A stretch of DNA of 55,760 bases, counting the filler, from Squatina squatina (lineage: Eukaryota): NCBI GenBank assembly GCA_031763465.1. It is 3 parts of 3 records of this genome, joined end to end, with 100 filler letters (N's around TTAATTAATTAA, not from the genome) between each part and the next. Parts side by side here need not be neighbours in the genome. Positions count along the whole stretch, not along the records: positions 27,257 to 41,544 come from JARFOE010000001.1; positions 41,645 to 55,760 come from JARFOE010000176.1; 1 more part is not named here. One strand, written 5' to 3'. Numbering within the stretch: position 1 is the stretch's first letter; each line of letters starts with the position of its first letter. Positions 37,609-49,683 of this stretch are shown here, piece by piece. A program made the translations under genes and the position numbers. The notes beneath the pieces were generated by a model. The model had not been told where the DNA came from. It saw only the letters and a program-made list of their open reading frames with translations, and made no database searches.

Positions 37609-39539
37609 AGTTGCAGGATGCATTTTCAACATGTACCATTGATCAAGGAGGGAAAAAAAAACTACCATTGCACTCAGTACATATTATAGAATTCAGCTCC
37701 AGGCTAAAACTACTTTAGTGACTTCAGAGATAAAGCAGAATGGTGAGTGTTCATGTCATTTTGTCTGGTGTTTGAACACAAAGTCAGTATCAAATCTTTT
37801 TCATACGAACTCTTGAGGTTGCTTGGGAAACAAATTGCTGACATTATCTCATTGTTACCAGGGACAAAGTGTTACATGGCTATGTCTATGAACCAGTTTA
37901 AAATGTTTTCCAAATCACAATTGATATAAACTTGAGTTAATCTAGATTCAGAAAAAAATGAGTGATCTAATTTGTGTGAATCAGGGTTGGACATATTCAC
38001 TGCTTTAAGAAAACAGATTTGGATCTATATAGTTGTGGAATTTATCAGATCTGATCTTTTATCCAGTTGCACAGAACATTTTAGTGACACACTAAATGTT
38101 TGCATATTATTGTGCTTTGATTCCTTCTGAATGAAAGGTGGAAGCTGTCAAGTAAATAATTGGTGTGGTATCTGTACTGTGTCCAAATTCATCAGCAGTC
38201 TAGTGGGTTAATGAGTCTNNNNNNNNNNNNNNNNNNNNNNNNNNNNNNNNNNNNNNNNNNNNNNNNNNNNNNNNNNNNNNNNNNNNNNNNNNNNNNNNNN
38301 NNNNNNNNNNNNNNNNNNNNNNNNNNNNNNNNNNNNNNNNNNNNNNNNNNNNNNNNNNNNNNNNNNNNNNNNNNNNNNNNNNNNNNNNNNNNNNNNNNNN
38401 NNNNNNNNNNNNNNNNNNNNNNNNNNNNNNNNNNNNNNNNNNNNNNNNNNNNNNNNNNNNNNNNNNNNNNNNNNNNNNNNNNNNNNNNNNNNNNNNNNNN
38501 NNNNNNNNNNNNNNNNNNNNNNNNNNNNNNNNNNNNNNNNNNNNNNNNNNNNNNNNNNNNNNNNNNNNNNNNNNNNNNNNNNNNNNNNNNNNNNNNNNNN
38601 NNNNNNNNNNNNNNNNNNNNNNNNNNNNNNNNNNNNNNNNNNNNNNNNNNNNNNNNNNNNNNNNNNNNNNNNNNNNNNNNNNNNNNNNNNNNNNNNNNNN
38701 NNNNNNNNNNNNNNNNNNNNNNNNNNNNNNNNNNNNNNNNNNNNNNNNNNNNNNNNNNNNNNNNNNNNNNNNNNAGGTAATCCTTTGGTAACATGTCCAG
38801 GATAATGAACGGTGTAGCCTTTGTGCTAATTACTTTAGCCACTGGAATGATTCTATGCCTCCATGCTTCTATGGCTCCATAGAATCTTTCTTCTGTCTTC
38901 ACTAACCTGTGGAGAATTATCCAGTAATGCACTTTAGGCAATTTTAATAAAACGGCACACTAAAACATTACAGGAGCATTAAAAAATACCTTATAACATA
39001 GAGGCAAATAATGAATTGCACACGGTCAAAACTTGGGAATTATACAATCTGTGCCATGCAAAATTCAGTCATTCTGCAAAATGCTCTGTGATTGTGATTT
39101 GCACATTCATCTGAAAAAAAGTCAATTCTATTTAGTGCAAAGAAAACATTCATCAGGACACCTGGCTTAATTGCCAGATACTTCCTCAGCATTTGTTCAT
39201 AATTGAATGTCATGGCTGTCCTGGAGACTGGTTGCTCTTCCTCTGTCTGTCCACTGAATCCACATACTTGTGCTTTTCCCTCATTCTCACTCCAGTTGGC
39301 AGCAGCATCCTTTAGTATAGGATGAACAATTTCCATATTAGTCGATAATCTGGATGTCAGCTCGTCCTTATCAACGCTAAAAATGCATTAAAATTTCACA
39401 TTTGATGNNNNNNNNNNNNNNNNNNNNNNNNNNNNNNNNNNNNNNNNNNNNNNNNNNNNNNNNNNNNNNNNNNNNNNNNNNNNNNNNNNNNNNNNNNNNN
39501 NNNNNNNGTATCTGGACCTGCACCTAAAGTGCTTTAAGC

Positions 39540-39661
39540 TGCAGGGCTATGGACCGGGTGCTGGAAGGTGGGATTAGAATGGGCACTAGTTGTTCTTCGA
39601 GCCAGCACAGACACGATGGGCCAAATGGCTCCCTTCTGTGCTGTATCTTTTCTATGGTTCT
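39540..39661 (+). mobile_element. CR1 LINE 3' end
   Basis: cagggctatgga...gcacagacacgatgggccaaatggctcccttctgtgctgtat...ttctatggttct is a typical CR1 3' hairpin and tail. Confidence 0.75.
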
Positions 39662-41199
39662 CTCTCTATTTCTTCACCTTAAATATACAAAATGTAAGTC
39701 TTGTTCTCAGAGCTGTAATAATTTGTTTCTGTAAATGGGTTTATCTCTGTACTGAGGCTGGAATAGTTTTTTGTGTTTGGCTCAAATTCAGTGTACTAAT
39801 GAAATGTACTAAAACAGGGACTTGGGATGGGGAAAAACACATAAAACCATAGTAAATCATTTTAAAGGACCTAGACTTGAATTACCTCATCAATGCATAA
39901 TCATGCACAGTACTTGATAACTGTAGAAATGTATCTAGAATGTGTTTACCGTTTCTATTGATAAAGCACATTTTAATGATACTCTTATACATGCTGTAGG
40001 CAATCTGCCGCCATCTGTGTTCATGTTGCTGAATAGTTATGCATATGTAGCAGAAGTAGAGCAATCAGCAGTCACCTGTGGTAGTTATTATTTCAATGTG
40101 AAAAGAAAACTCTGAATTCTTTATTCCATCAACATGATTCATAAAATAGAATCATGGAAATTTAGATTGTGGTATAAGAGTGAAGTCTGCTAAATTATTG
40201 ATATAGGATAAAGAAATACCAATCCAATTGAAGGTTAATGACCAATCAATTCACTGAACAAGCAAATTTGAGAGAACAGCAACTGATCAGATTTGTTGTG
40301 GGACATGGTAATTAATTAAGTTAAAATGGATTGAGTTAAAGGGAAAATTATTCAAACTAACTTAATTGCAATAAGCATATTAGCATTAGTTTGATAATGT
40401 TATGCCCTAAATTATCTTATACTTAAAAGATTATCAGAATTTCCATATTTGCTGCCCTGAAGAAATAATTCTATAGTGATGCCTGCCATGAATTTTGGGA
40501 TGTCGATTATAGATTTTTGGAATGGACAGATGGACTGCATGGTCTTTTCCTCGCCTGTACTCTAGTTCCTATAGATTTGAAGGTCTATAATTGAAGGTTT
40601 ACATATAATATGAACTACAAACTAATAAAGGAAAAGAAACTGGGAAATTAATGACTTGTAAAGTAAAGGCCGTGGTTCCGTTTCCCAACTCCTAGAAACT
40701 TGGGTTCTTCATAAAAAATATTTAACCTTGAAATAAGCAATGTTGACTTATAGCTTCAGATGCAGTATTTTCTCGTCACACCTGGGATCATAGTAAAGGT
40801 CCCCTGGGCAGTGCAACTAGTGTATTTTATTTTCAGTTGTTACTAGCACTAAATTGGTTTCTTTAAGTTATTTTTTTCACCTTCTATACATATAGTGAAG
40901 TATGGGAGGCTAGCCTGGGCAGACCGTTTTGAAGAAGTGCTAGGAAATGTTCTCAGCGATCTCTACGATATCTAATTTACCACAGTGGTAAACTAAACAA
41001 TCCTACACTGCAGTTATTATACATCAGTGCGAGTATGTAATTATAATCCTACTAAACCTAATGTGCATTGGAGGAGCTGTGTTGAAGTCGGCAGCTTCTA
41101 CCTTATTGTTTGGAGGTGATCTTCGATCCAATAATTCTGAGCCATGATTTTGAAGGAAGATGAAATCCATCACAGGGGTTAGTAGAGGATCTAACTCAG

Positions 41200-41544
41200 C
41201 CTCTTCCTGAAGTCCCCACCATCACAGATGCCAGTCTTCAGCCAATTCAATTCACTCCACGTGCTATCAAGAAATGGTACTGGATACAGCACAGGCTATG
41301 GGCCCTGACAACATCCCGACTGCAGTGCTGATGACTTGTTCTCCAGAACTAGCTGTGCCCTCTAGCAAAGCTGTTCCAGTACAGCTACAACAGTGGCACC
41401 TACTCGACAAAGTGGAAAATTGCCCAGGTATGTCCTGTCCACAAAGAGCAGAGCAAATCCAATCCAGCCAATTGACCACCCCAATTGACCTACTCTCAAT
41501 CATCAGCAAAGTGATGGAAGGTGTCATCGACAGTGCTATCAAGC
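41200..41544 (+). mobile_element. CR1-like LINE RT N-terminal fragment (frameshifted)
   Basis: LDTAQAMGPDNIP...TCSPELAVP...WKIAQVCPVHK...PIDLLSIISKVMEGVIDSAIK. Confidence 0.88.
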
Positions 41545-41644
41545 NNNNNNNNNNNNNNNNNNNNNNNNNNNNNNNNNNNNNNNNNNNNTTAATTAATTAA
41601 NNNNNNNNNNNNNNNNNNNNNNNNNNNNNNNNNNNNNNNNNNNN
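41545..41644. other. Artificial scaffold-joining spacer
   Basis: 44 N + TTAATTAATTAA (41589-41600) + 44 N, identical in design to 27157-27256. Confidence 0.97.
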
Positions 41645-41915
41645 AGTTATGCTGATCGGCGCAGCTGACGTTAGTGTGGTGCTGATGCCACGCCAGTGGT
41701 GTCCCCCGCTGGCCGCACCAGTTCCGGCAGGAGCAAGGCCAGCATTGCTGTGCTTCACTCCTGCCGCAGAACGCTGAATTCTGCGGCGGGCGGGGTGGAT
41801 CAAGAGCTGGCGCAAAAAAATGCCAGCTCCCGCCCCCTACTGCCCGGGCCGAATTGCCCGCCCTTTGTGTCCTCCTCACAGCTTACTTTCATCAGCATTT
41901 GGTCCCTTCATCGAA

Positions 41916-42851
41916 GTCATTAATCTAAATTGTAAATAGTTGAGGCCCAAGCACGGATCCTTGTGAGACCCCACTAGTTACAGCCTGCCAACCGAAAATG
42001 ACCCATTTATCCCAGCTCTCTCTCTTCTGTCCGGTAACTAATCCTCTGTCCATACTAATATATTACCCCAACCCTATGAGCCCTTATCTTGCAAAGCAAC
42101 CTTTTATGTGGCACCTTATCGAATGCCTTTTGGAAATCCAGATATAATACATCCACTGGTTCCCCTTTATCTACCCTTGAGTTACATCCTCAAACAAATC
42201 TAATAAATATATTAATCAATATTTCCCTTTCATAAAATCAAGTTAACTGTGCCTAGTCACAATTTTCTGAATGCCCTGTTACCACTTCCTTAATAATGAA
42301 TTCCAGCATTTTCCCAACAACTGATATCAGGCTAACTGGTCTGTAGTTCCCTATTTTCTCTCTCCCTCCTTTCTTTAATAGCTGTGTTACATTTGCTACC
42401 TTTTCAATCTGCTGGGACTGTCTAGATTCTAGATCACAACCAATGCATCCACCATCTCTGCAACTATATCTTTTAGAATCCCAGGATGCAAGGGATCCAT
42501 CAGGTCCAAGGGATTTGTTGGCTTTTAGTCCCATTAGTTTCTCAAGTACTTTATCTCTACTGATATTAATTACTTGAAGTTCCTCACCCTCATTAGAGCC
42601 TTGGTTCCCCATTATTTTTGGTATGCTTGTTGCACCTTCTTCTGTGAAGACAGCAAAATATTTGTTTAACGGCTCTGCCATTATAATTTCTTCTGTCTCC
42701 GCCTCTAAGGGACCAAGGCTTACTTTTGCTCCTCTTACATGTTGTGGAAGCTCTTGCAATCTGTTTTTATATTTCTTGCTAGTTTACTCCTCTCTTTTCT
42801 CCCTTTTTATCAGTTTTTTTGGTCATCCTTTGTTGGTTTCTAAAGCTCTCT
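41916..42851 (-). mobile_element. CR1 LINE ORF2 fragment (tether and RT), degraded
   Basis: AEPLNKYFAVFTEE...VLEKLMGLKANKSLGPDG...KKGGREKIGNYRPVSLISVVGKMLE, followed by LDFQKAFDKVPHK and SGVSQGSVLGPQLFTI. Confidence 0.93.
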
Positions 42852-42951
42852 NNNNNNNNNNNNNNNNNNNNNNNNNNNNNNNNNNNNNNNNNNNNNNNNN
42901 NNNNNNNNNNNNNNNNNNNNNNNNNNNNNNNNNNNNNNNNNNNNNNNNNNN

Positions 42952-43145
42952 TTGGAGGGGAACTGGTGTTCCCATGCGCCTGCTGCCCATGTCCTTCTAG
43001 GTGGCAGAAATCGTGGATTTGGGAGGTGCTGTCGAAGAAGCTTTGCCAAGTTGCTGCCGTGCATCTTGTAGACGGTACACACTGCAGCCACAGTGCACCG
43101 GTGGTGAAGGGAGTGAATGTTTAAATTGGTCAATGAGGTACCAAT
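42952..43145 (-). mobile_element. CR1-like LINE ORF2 C-terminal fragment
   Basis: LNIHSLHHRCTVAAVCTVYKMHGSNLAKLLRQHLPNPRFLPPRRT; probably the same family as 41200-41544 and 24649-24804. Confidence 0.8.
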
Positions 43146-43197
43146 CAAACCTTTAATTTTGAACACTCCTACGAAGCACCTTTCTACATCTGTCTGT

Positions 43198-43522
43198 CCG
43201 ATGAGAAGTTAAATCTAGGTCCCGTCTGCCCTCTAAGGTGGGCGATAAAGATCCCATGGTGTTATTTCAAAGAAGAGCAGAGGAGTTCTTCCCGAGTGTC
43301 CTGGCCAATATTTATCTTCGACCAATATCACTATAAAAAACAGATTATCTAATCATTATCACATTGCTGTTTGTGAGACCATGCTGTACGCAAATTGGCT
43401 GCAACGTTTCCTACATTACAACAGTGAGTATACTGCAAAAGTGCTTCATTGGCTGTGAAGCACTTTGGGCCATCCTGAGGTAATGAAAGGCACTATATAA
43501 ATGCAAGATCTTTATTTCTTCT
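43198..43522 (+). mobile_element. Deu-domain SINE (SacSINE1/AmnSINE1-like), 5'-truncated
   Basis: gatgagaagttaaatctaggtcccgtctgccctct...aaagatcccatgg...gaagagcagaggagttc...tgtcctggccaatattt...acagattatct...cacattgctgtttgtg...aaattggctgc...gaaaggcactatataaatgcaag matches the remembered DeuSINE body and tail. Confidence 0.85.
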
Positions 43523-44550
43523 TATAGTATTGGCATTATGATAAATGCAAGTTGCTAATATTGAGATGATTTGAGGTATTGGGGGGAATTTTCAACTTCA
43601 CTGTCTGAGCCATAATGCAGCAGAGTAGATTGCTTGTCCGTAATAGAAACCTTCTGATTTTTATCCCGTTGAAATCAGTGGGATAAATATCAGATATCTG
43701 CTGCCATGAATGGCTGTCCACTCCGACACATCAACCCCACCTGCAGGTGGTGACACAGAAAATGTCCTCCATTCGGCAATACCATCAGATGCAAGGTGAT
43801 ACACAAGCAGAGAGAGCCCCTTTAGATCATGGAGCTTCAAAATAACCAATCCTCACATTCGTCTCTTCCTACGGGCATTGACCTTTGAGGATTTACCGTC
43901 AGACAAGTTTTGAAATGAAACCACAATATTTAATTTCCTTTGTTGCAAAAAAAAGTGCTAATCAGCTAAAATACCACTCCAACTTCTGCATTTTCTGTTT
44001 CAGTGACACCAAAGAGAAGCGTGCACACTAACCGCAACTGGCTGAATGGAACCATACTCTCTGCGTATTTAACAAGGGACAAACGTGGTTTGTGGGCAAT
44101 CAGATGTGGGCGTTGCTGAATAAATCTGAAAACAACACAAATATCTTACTGTTTTTTTTATTTTTAGCCAGCAAAAGCCTTCGTGAAAGCCACATCATGA
44201 CTTTGATTTATTTATCCGTCCTTTTAATAGACTGTCTTCAGAAATGGAAACTATTATTCCATAATGGAAGTTTTGAATAAAAACAGAAATATAATTAAAT
44301 ATTTTTTTTTGGCTGTTCAACAAATCCTTCCAAGCCAAAGAAAACCTGTTTCTCTTTCAAAACAAAATGAATTGAAGGGCCAAGGCCCACAAAGGACATC
44401 ATCAAGACTCAAAAGCGCAAAACAAGAAAGTATTTCAGTTGACACCACACTTCAGTTTGAAAAGTCTAAAGGTTGTAAGAGGTAGGAAAGACTGAAGGAG
44501 ATGAGAAGTTGTAATGTTTTAATATCTTGGGTAATGAGAATGAATAAGAG

Positions 44551-44611
44551 AAAAAAAGAAAAGGAGGACTTGCATTTATATAGCACCTTTCCCAACCTCA
44601 GGACATACCCA
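44551..44611 (-). mobile_element. Deu-domain SINE 3' tail (second copy)
   Basis: gacttgcatttatatagcacctttc...cctcaggac is the near reverse complement of 43472-43510. Cut by a gap. Confidence 0.8.
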
Positions 44612-44968
44612 NNNNNNNNNNNNNNNNNNNNNNNNNNNNNNNNNNNNNNNNNNNNNNNNNNNNNNNNNNNNNNNNNNNNNNNNNNNNNNNNNNNNNNNNN
44701 NNNNNNNNNNNGCTCAAGTGTGACCAACATATTAAAAAAATTATATTTACTAGGGAAAACTGGAACAAAAATAAGACCTTGAAGAATGCAAATAGTTCAC
44801 TACCATGTTTCTCAACCAGTCACTAGGCCGTTGGAGCGTATATGGCTCTGTCACTCGGATAGATCAGCTGTTGTAAAAGCATAGCAACACTGCAGTTACC
44901 CAATCACTGGCTTTTGGTTTCTAGGATACGGCTACCAATAACTGTCAGATGGGATGGTTCAAGGAGGT

Positions 44969-45016
44969 GAGCTCTCAATGCACAAGTCCTGCGAGCTCTC
45001 AATGCACAAGTCATGC
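44969..45016 (+). repeat. 24-bp tandem duplication
   Basis: gagctctcaatgcacaagtcctgc followed by gagctctcaatgcacaagtcatgc (1 mismatch). Confidence 0.95.
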
Positions 45017-45154
45017 AGATTAGCAGTAGTTTTGGGCAGTGAAATAACACAATTGGAATATGAAGTACACACATCATATCTGCAGTCAAAACTTGGCACC
45101 TTGTACATTCCAGAACTTTCCTTCCACTTCAAAAAGAGAAGAAAATCAAAAAAA

Positions 45155-46655
45155 TATTTTGATGCATTGAAATTTATTTTTTAGTAACTATTTTTTTTAA
45201 AAACAGAAATTATACAATATAATTATACAAGGAATATGGAAATATTTACAAAAGTGTATGCTTAGAAAAGACGATTTCCTTTAATATCTGTGCCCATTGT
45301 TGTTGGCATGGCCCAGATTTTGAACCTTTTAAGCAGTAAATGGTCTTGTGTAATTGTGTCTGTTGAGTGAATTCTTTACAGGGCATCGAGTGATTGACAG
45401 GAGATGGGGGAAAAAAAAACACTTGCCTCCCAAATCCAGGGTTGTGAGCTCCCTAAAGCCCCATCTCTCCACAGCTCATAGGCACGTAGATTCATATTGG
45501 GAAAGGACATTGTGTGTGGAAGACGCTAGAAATGTTAAAGTGCTTCAGCACTTGCTTTATCTGGTGGTTAATTTATACATAGTGCAAAACTGAATTTGAT
45601 AAAAAGGACCCAAATACTGTTAAGACATTCTTGGCATTTTTGCTACTGTGAAGGTTTTTTTTTGGATACATCTAATGAGTGAACATATATAATCAATACT
45701 GCCCTACACCTGAGAAGTGATTGCACTAAAATTAAGAGGTCAATGAATTAGTGTCCGATTAGGTTCTTGACCATCAAGACCTGCACTTTTACATGCAATG
45801 GTATTGCTTCTTCTTTCAGCAGATTACTGTAGGCATAACCCACATGAGATAATGGCAGTTCTAAATAACTGAACACAAATAACGATAAATGCGGGACAAA
45901 AAAAGGGTTAACGTATTCATCTCTCAGGTGATCTGGTCCCCTCTGCATCTTTTAAAGATTTTTTTTCCCCAAAAAGGCTTACATTTACAAATGTACATAC
46001 AAAACAACAGTTTAATATAAAGCTTAACAAGATTTCAAAACAAGTGCAACATCATTGGCAATAATAAACCTCTTTTCAGTATCTTGTCATCATTTCTTGC
46101 AGTTGTCCTTCGTTGAAGGAAAGTCTGATTCTGTACATCCTGAAGAGAGTAAACCGCTAAAAAGAGAAGGCAGGNNNNNNNGGAAAGGTCTGTTTGAAGA
46201 GTTCAAGAGCCAATCCAAACACTTTTTGTCAAAGTATTCATCATCTGGCCAGTGACTGGATGGCGGCCAGTTCACTTGTTACAAAGTGTCCATGGAGGAA
46301 TCCAAAGCCAATTCAACCGCAATTAGTCAATAACAAAAAGTTTTATATCTCTTTCAACCGATCCACACGGGCATATGATCTTCATTGGGTGTGTGGCTAG
46401 CCTGCAGACACTGGTGACAGGGGCCAATCGTCCATCCTGTACAAAGCCCAGCCTCAGGCAGATGTGCAAAACATTTCAACAGCGGACAAGCATCGTGTTC
46501 TCAAAAGTTCAGTGTTCGGTCGATGCCATCCGTGTTGACCAGTAATTTAAGTAGAATACTGCCGAGGTGATTTATTCACATACATTCCAGGGCTCTCAAT
46601 ACTGAGTGGTAGGTCTACCTCAGGCAAGCACAGCTGCAGGAAAAAGTCACTCTCC
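45155..46655 (-). other. RGL1: Putative RGL1 3' UTR (~1.5 kb)
   Basis: Lies between the stop codon (46656-46658) and AATAAA at 45173-45178, with no recognised repeats. Contains a Pumilio-type TGTAAATA (45243-45250) and an alternative ATTAAA (46011-46016). Confidence 0.55.
45173..45178 (-). terminator. Putative polyadenylation signal of RGL1
   Basis: AATAAA on the minus strand with a T-rich element ~20-45 nt downstream and TGTA motifs upstream. Confidence 0.55.
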
Positions 46656-46840
46656 TCACAGTGTAACCTTGCTTCGTCTGTTCGTCAATATTCCCTTTTT
46701 GGCTGCTCTGGGTAGCGTCGAGCAGGATCGACTTCGCAGCTTAACCTGTCGGCTTGGGTTCCGCTTTCTCAGAATAAAGTCAAAATTCACAGAAGTGTTC
46801 ATAGCATAAAACACATTGGCATTGTCTGGAATCACCAACT
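46656..46840 (-). CDS. RGL1: Ral guanine nucleotide dissociation stimulator-like 1, last coding exon (end of Ras-association domain)
   Basis: Acceptor ctctgcctttcag|, phase 1. [61 protein letters not shown] matches the remembered RGL1 C-terminus (...NRHSKITL). Confidence 0.95.
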
Positions 46841-47345
46841 CTGAAAGGCAGAGGAAACATACATTGTTATTTACACATTTTCTTTTGATAAATGTTGACC
46901 GGATTAAGCATACAGATACAACCAGATACAGAATTATGAATGGCTGGGAGTAACCAGTGACCAGACTGTAATTTGTTGCGAGGTTTCAGAAAGTATTATA
47001 AACCACAAGAGAAAAGCTTGAAGGTTTACACTATCTTTGGATAGACTCAATAACTGAAAACAATTAAAAAAAAAGAAATACATTAAAACAGCCCATGATG
47101 TAGCACAAAACAAAGGAGAATGGCGAGTGTAGTAAATGGAAAATTTGGATTGGTGCTATTCGGAAGCTCAGTTTAAGACACCTTGTTGGAAGAGTTGATG
47201 GCAGTTACTGTACAGTCAACTTGTGCTAAATTGAGAGTCAATCATAATACCCCATTTCCCAGCATGCATTAGTCATGGTGATAATAAATCGGCACTGATG
47301 GCACTTCCCCAACAGTTCCACTTTATATAAATTAATTTTGAATAC

Positions 47346-47717
47346 CTGTGTTGCCCTACTCAGTGTCTCCTTCCTGTGTCCTACATTCTTTGACCCTTTC
47401 GCCTGCTGACTCTTCATGCTTGTAGAGACGGGAGAAGCATTCCTCATAGAGGTAGAAGGCTGAAATCCAACCCTGGAAGAGGCAGCAGTTTGTTTTGCAG
47501 AGACCGTGGACCTTAGCTGAGATCTTCCCGTGTTGGTTGCCACTTTCTTACTAGTAACGCTGGTGTAAGTGGTCGCCACTTTGCTTACAGATCTAGCTGC
47601 AGATCCCCTTCGCGTTAAAGCTTGAGGCTTCGTTGGAGGCGGGTGGCTTGGAGCATTTTTGATGAAATCAGCTAGAGGAGGCGATCGCGGTCGCTGGCTA
47701 CTTGCAGATGACTGATC
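47346..47717 (-). CDS. Candidate 372-bp phase 0-0 exon encoding a Ser/Thr/basic low-complexity segment; assignment uncertain
   Basis: Acceptor tttgtgtgtag| and donor CAG|gtattc. 124 open codons, DQSSASSQRPRSPPLADFIKNAPSHPPPTKPQ...KETLSRATQ. GC is higher than in the flanking intron. Confidence 0.5.
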
Positions 47718-48190
47718 CTACACACAAATTGAAGTATTACCTTACTAAAACACAAATACAAAGCTCAACAGCAGGTCTTCAAAGTGACTTGAAAAAGTCT
47801 TCAGATGAAGTTAATTAAACTGTATCCATCATCGGCCAGATTTCTTCCCTTCAGGCCCCAGAGCCACACACCATTAACAAGGCAAGATGAGAAGAAAACT
47901 TCCCACATCTCTTATCAATTTTTATTCTGGCACTGGCTAACAGGAGGGTAAGCTGGGGATGTTTGCTGATTTCTTTCCCCGAAGTCCCGAAAGAAGGCCT
48001 TCTCTCAAGCAGCTGCAAAGGCCCTATGTGAAATGTGCTTGGACTGTCTCAATCCAGTCCCTAATAGCAGCGTNNNNNNNNNNNNNNNNNNNNNNNNNNN
48101 NNNNNNNNNNNNNNNNNNNNNNNNNNNNNNNNNNNNNNNNNNNNNNNNNNNNNNNNNNNNNNNNNNNNNNNNNCTCGCAAAGCCTCTTAC

Positions 48191-48312
48191 CTTTCTTCCT
48201 CGGTCAAGTATTGCTGACTGTGGAACCATTTGAGAAACCTCTGGACCGGGCTGATGCAGTAACTGTTACAGGCAGACTGCAACAGTTTAATCTGTGCTAT
48301 CACCTCAAACTC
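48191..48312 (-). CDS. RGL1: RGL1 internal exon (end of CDC25/RasGEF domain, 122 bp)
   Basis: ttttttcag|EFEVIAQIKLLQSACNSYCISPVQRFLKWFHSQQYLTEEE AG|gtaaga. Confidence 0.95.
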
Positions 48313-48755
48313 CTGAAAAAACATGGCAAAAAACATTAATGTTTAAAAAAATATATTGCTACTGCTGTAACTAGTCAGTGGTGCTTTTAAGAGGGGCAAA
48401 GTCCAGACTAAAAACTATTTTAAAAACTCTTGTTTGCTGAGTAATCATTACACAGTAAATCATGCCTCAAAATCTCACTGCATTGTGAAAACAGCACTGA
48501 TGTGGCACCTAAGGGATGAATTTCAATACAAATTATTTAAGGGTGGTTTCAGGCCACTACTGCTCTCAAGGCAGTGTCTCGAAGACAGATCTTTCAAAAA
48601 AGATCAAGCACAAAGGATTCACACAGCTATTAAAGATAACTAGTTTGTTTGAAAGAAATTCTGAGGAGTAATCAGCAATGGCTGATCTATCTACCCGCAA
48701 CCCTCACCCACATACAGTTTTGAAAGTTTTGCCAAGTGTAATAATTCATACTAAC

Positions 48756-48788
48756 CCTTCGTCTCTTTTCAAAGTTGATAAAACCACC
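48756..48788 (-). CDS. RGL1: RGL1 33-bp microexon (RasGEF domain)
   Basis: tctcctatag|GGFINFEKRRR|gttagt; phase 0-0 and in frame with both neighbours. Confidence 0.95.
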
Positions 48789-49378
48789 CTATAGGAGACA
48801 AACAAGGAGCAAGAGCATTAATTTGATTTGTAGAAAGGTTGGATTGTACAAGATTATGGACTTGGATGGTCAGGAGTCAAATGCATGTCATGTAAACTTG
48901 GTTCCAGATTAGTATGGGGCCCAAAACTCATCATGTGTACAACACCAATGATGTAATAAATGTACTGCCTGGTTATGATTCTAACACACCAAGTCCTTCT
49001 ATGTAGTCAAATTCGTCAAACTCAAGTTGACTACACAAGTGAGCAGGTAGCGGAGAATTAAACGGTTCGTGGTATCCAATTAACAGAAAATTACCTGCAG
49101 ACATTAAGAACGTGCAATTTATGCAGACAACTTATATTCATAATCAATTGCATTGTAGTTTTCATGCATCTTCATTCACAAACTATTTGAATCACAGCAC
49201 AAAACATCCAATTATCCAAGCCATGCATGGATTTCTCTAATGTACGTCTTTGATCAGTCTCATTAGTGGTTTCATTGTCTCTTTGATGCTCATCTTCAAG
49301 CAACTTGCATTGATATGGTAACTATAGCAACGATCAGCAAGGAGGAATCCCAACAAGTGGTAAAACAAACAAACTTAC

Positions 49379-49465
49379 GTCAACATAATCTGGAAGAGCA
49401 GTGTCCAACATTGTCAGATCTGTCAAGAAAGTGCCAAGGTAGGGCACAGTTCCTTGCATCACACC
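49379..49465 (-). CDS. RGL1: RGL1 internal exon (RasGEF domain, 87 bp)
   Basis: tactttatag|[29 protein letters not shown]|gtaagt. Confidence 0.96.
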
Positions 49466-49624
49466 CTATAAAGTAGAGGCAAATTTGTTCAACCCATTTT
49501 GAAGGTGTTAAGCACCACATTTTTTAAACATACTCCTCTTTAGTATGCAACTAAGTCAATTTGCAACCAGAACATTATGACCATTTAAATACAGAACAAT
49601 ATTGTGGGACACAAAGCTAGACCC

Positions 49625-49683
49625 CTACAGACTAGGAAGGTTCGGAGTTTGATCCCTGGTCTGTGCTGAGTTAATCAATCTCA
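49625..49683 (+). mobile_element. Old tRNA-derived SINE fragment
   Basis: cagactaggaaggttcggagtttgatccctggtctgtgctgagttaatcaatctc contains a B-box-like gtttgatccc. Related to 37495-37608. Confidence 0.5.

Noticed and set aside
38160-38941. Longest ORFs in the track (206 and 249 aa)
   Set aside because: They consist mostly of X from the 556-N gap. The same caveat applies to most X-containing ORFs in the track.
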